A stretch of DNA of 63,814 nucleotides, filler included, from Klebsormidium nitens (taxonomy: Eukaryota; Plantae; Klebsormidiophyceae): assembly GCA_000708835.1 (NCBI GenBank). It is 5 parts of 5 records of this genome, joined end to end, with 100 filler letters (N's around TTAATTAATTAA, not from the genome) between each part and the next. Parts side by side here need not be neighbours in the genome. Positions count along the whole stretch, not along the records: positions 57,684 to 61,885 come from DF238520.1; positions 61,986 to 63,814 come from DF237213.1; 3 more parts are not named here. One strand, given 5' to 3'. The notes under the pieces are model-generated. The model made no database searches, was not told the DNA's origin, and saw nothing but the letters and a program-made list of their open reading frames with translations. Within the stretch, counting starts at the first letter, position 1; every line of letters begins with the position of its first letter. Positions 61,150 through 63,814 of the stretch are shown one piece after another. A program made the translations under genes and the position numbers.

Positions 61150-61885
61150 GGCAAGCCCGGTGTGTGCCATTAGATACAAGCAAGTGGATGCAAGTGCTGA
61201 CAATTTTCCAAGGACTCAACCCACAATCTAAGTTGAACAAGCAGGAAGTGTCCAGGACGCAACCAGAAATCAGATCTACGCCTCCTCAGAACTACGCCAC
61301 TAGCAAGCGATCGAAGCAGAAAACCTATGTGCAGCACCCCTGCAACTTCAGGGTACATTCAGGATCTTTCTGCCTACCAAGTCCTTGCCGTGGACTTTCT
61401 CCTTCCCTTTGTGCCCGGCAACGTAGGCCACAACGGAGTCCGACCCACCGCCACCCTTTTCCCTGGGCGACTTCTCAACCCCCTGCTCATGCACCAGGAG
61501 TTTCTGCAGAATCGCATCCACCGAGCTTATGGCGCTCTCTGAAGCCTTTAGGATTGTCCTTAGGGTACTGGACGTCTTGGGCAATGCGGCAAGCACGCTC
61601 CATGCCAACTCATCCGGCTTTATCCTCAAAACCGGTGGCGACCAAGTCCCTGTACAAATCCTTCGCCCGACCCACATACATGGTGACGGGCTCACCCAAT
61701 TACATCTTGAGAGAATGCACATCTTGCATGAGCTGCATCTTCCTTGCATTGGTTTTGCTCTTGTAGGTCTTCTCAAGGAATCCCAAGCCTTCGTTGCGGT
61801 TTTGCACTCCTCAATCGACCCCAAATGGTGGTCCTCAACGTTTAGCCCGATGATGGACAACGCTTTCTTGATTAGCTTGGGTGCG
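61150..61885 (-). mobile_element. Decayed Ty1/Copia gag (UBN2-type) fragment
   Basis: IIGLNVEDHHLGSIEECKTATKAWDSL...ELAWSVLAALP...TLRTILK...ILQKLLVHEQ, with frameshifts and stops. Confidence 0.8.
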
Positions 61886-61985
61886 NNNNNNNNNNNNNNN
61901 NNNNNNNNNNNNNNNNNNNNNNNNNNNNNTTAATTAATTAANNNNNNNNNNNNNNNNNNNNNNNNNNNNNNNNNNNNNNNNNNNN

Positions 61986-62099
61986 AAAACCCTAAAACCC
62001 TAAAACCCTAAAACCCTAAAACCCTAAAACCCTAAAACCCTAAAACCCTAAAACCCTAAAACCCTAAAGAAGACCCTAAAACCCTAAAACCCCTAAAAA
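61986..62099 (+). repeat. Telomeric repeat array (CCCTAAAA)n at contig start, probable chromosome end
   Basis: About ten perfect units, then a GAAG interruption and 2-3 degenerate units, followed by AT-rich subtelomeric DNA. Confidence 0.9.
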
Positions 62100-63013
62100 T
62101 GTAGGTAAAAGAATTGATTCAGAGCATGTTGTAATTTGAGTTGTTAATTAAACGTATACATGTCCTTGATTCATATCTTCCTTACTAAACGAATTTGGAT
62201 ATAATCTTTTACACGTCTTCGTCTGCTGTCGGTGCATCAACGGGCCGGCGTGCAGACGAATACGGTTCTTTTTATTTGGGCGCGCAACTTGTACAGATCA
62301 CTGAATAATTCGACTCTATCATGATCGATCCATTCACATCCATCCAGTCGCACGAACCAACGGCTGGTGGCCAATTCGTGAAGGGTTTTCATTTAGACCG
62401 ATATCCGATGATCATTCTTGCATGATTTGAATTGAACATGTACATCAGTAAGCAGGTACTCTATAATGAAGATCATGTGCGCATATATCTTATACAAGAT
62501 AGATTTACTGAAATTTCAACCCATTTTGTTTTGCTGGCATATTTAGTATCTTGCACGGTCCACCTTAATCAAAATATCATATAATAGTAGTATGCGGCCG
62601 TCACAATACAAAACGTATGTCGGACACCATTGCTTTTGTTGCCCTTGCATCAATCATTGAATCACCTACAGCATATTGTCAGCATCTTGCTAAGATGCTG
62701 TAGCTCGGATACTTGGGGAAAATGTTCTCGTAAACTAGACAAATCTTTACAACAGAATATAGCAAGAGTCGTAATTTACGAGGAGCTCCACAAGGACTCG
62801 AGCTCTCTATAGGTTCTTAGAGGCCCGCTCGAACACTCTTCATCTTTGACTTGATTTGATTCAAGGGCATTTCAGCCTTTACATCCGACCCCTTCTTTAC
62901 CACAAACGTACTTCATATATCATACACCGTTCCTAAAGCATACAATGCTCAAACGTGAGAGATTGATAGGCAATGGCATGAAGCCAAAAGCATCTTTACA
63001 TGCGTCCCCTTGC

Positions 63014-63814
63014 TTAGGCTGCCTCGTCCGTGCTCCCCTGCATCTGCGCGCGCCGCTCCGCTGCACGCTTGCGGATGAAGATGCCCCATCGCAGGGCGGC
63101 CTTGAGCTTGAGCCAGCCCACGTGGGCCCCGTTCAGCTTGATCTTCTCCGGGGGCGTCCCCGCCTCCAACTCCTGTACCGTCCACCATGGAAAGGCCTCA
63201 GACGGGATGTCACCACCGGTCCCTTCGGCTCCAAAACCCACATTATCCAGCACGAAGCATCCTCAGCAAGCTGCGCCTGACCGTTCGGCCGCTGGCGCGT
63301 GGCGCTCACCTGGGCGAGGCCGAACTCGCGGAGCGTCTTGTCGAGGTCGGCCGCAAACGCGCCTTGCTGCAGGTCGGCGGAGAGCACCCCCGGGGACTGC
63401 GCGCCGTCGTTGAACATGCGCAGTAGCTGCTGGATCTGGGCGTGCATGTCCTCCGACTCCACCGCCTCCGTCGAGCGCAGCCGCGCCGCCTCGTCCTCAA
63501 ACAGGCCGCTCAGCTCTGCATGAGGCGCAGGGGAGCGGACATGTAAAGAGCCACGAAGGACACCAACAAGCTCGAGGAACGGCCGGTCTGGCGGACGTGC
63601 ATCCCCCTGCCATTCGCCTTGCTCACGGAAGCAAGATCCGGACATGGGATACGAGGGACGGGGCCCTCTGGGGCCAACTGCTGGCCCGGCCGCCGCCCGT
63701 GCCCCGCCTCACCTGTGCTGGGCCCCGCCGCGCCCTCCCCCGCTCGCACCCCCGCTGAGAGAATTGGCGCCCTGGTGGGGGGCGGGGGCGGCCCGGCCGA
63801 GGGGCTCATAATGG
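63014..63814 (-). CDS. CBP60: 3' end of a calmodulin-binding protein 60 (CBP60) family gene
   Basis: C-terminal [25 protein letters not shown] matches the CBP60 calmodulin-binding tail; [14 protein letters not shown] segment upstream. The gene continues beyond the window. Confidence 0.8.

Noticed and set aside
55534-62099. A subtelomeric viral insertion flanked by retrotransposons
   Set aside because: The three parts are on separate contigs joined by artificial spacers.

Overview
Eukaryotic, intron-rich, GC-rich nuclear DNA, most likely from a Klebsormidium-like streptophyte alga. This is inferred from (TTTTAGGG)n telomere repeats plus plant-type CBP60, clade-C PP2C, CNX3 and ALA1 genes. The window is five contigs joined by identical artificial 100-nt spacers (44 N + TTAATTAATTAA + 44 N), so adjacency across spacers is not evidence. 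Contig 1 (1-31937): an accessory block with two diverged paralogous genes of unknown family (conserved exon phases, Cys/His motif, intron-split 2A-like LLxIGG[IV]ExNPG[P/W] motif), intronic arrays of fixed-length inverted-end units, and a Crinkler-type P-loop NTPase + restriction-endonuclease-fold gene. These are followed by CNX3, the 5' part of NEMF and a probable Helitron relic. Contig 2 (32038-55433): intron-containing tRNA-Leu(CAG) plus a broken copy, a J-domain protein, PP2C, DRG2, a MITE and an ALA1-like P4-ATPase. Contig 3: an intronless, tandemly repeated virus/phage-like fibre protein. Contig 4: decayed Gypsy and Copia retroelements. Contig 5: a telomere followed by the 3' end of a CBP60 gene. 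Exon models were assembled by hand from splice signals and phase consistency, not from transcript data.
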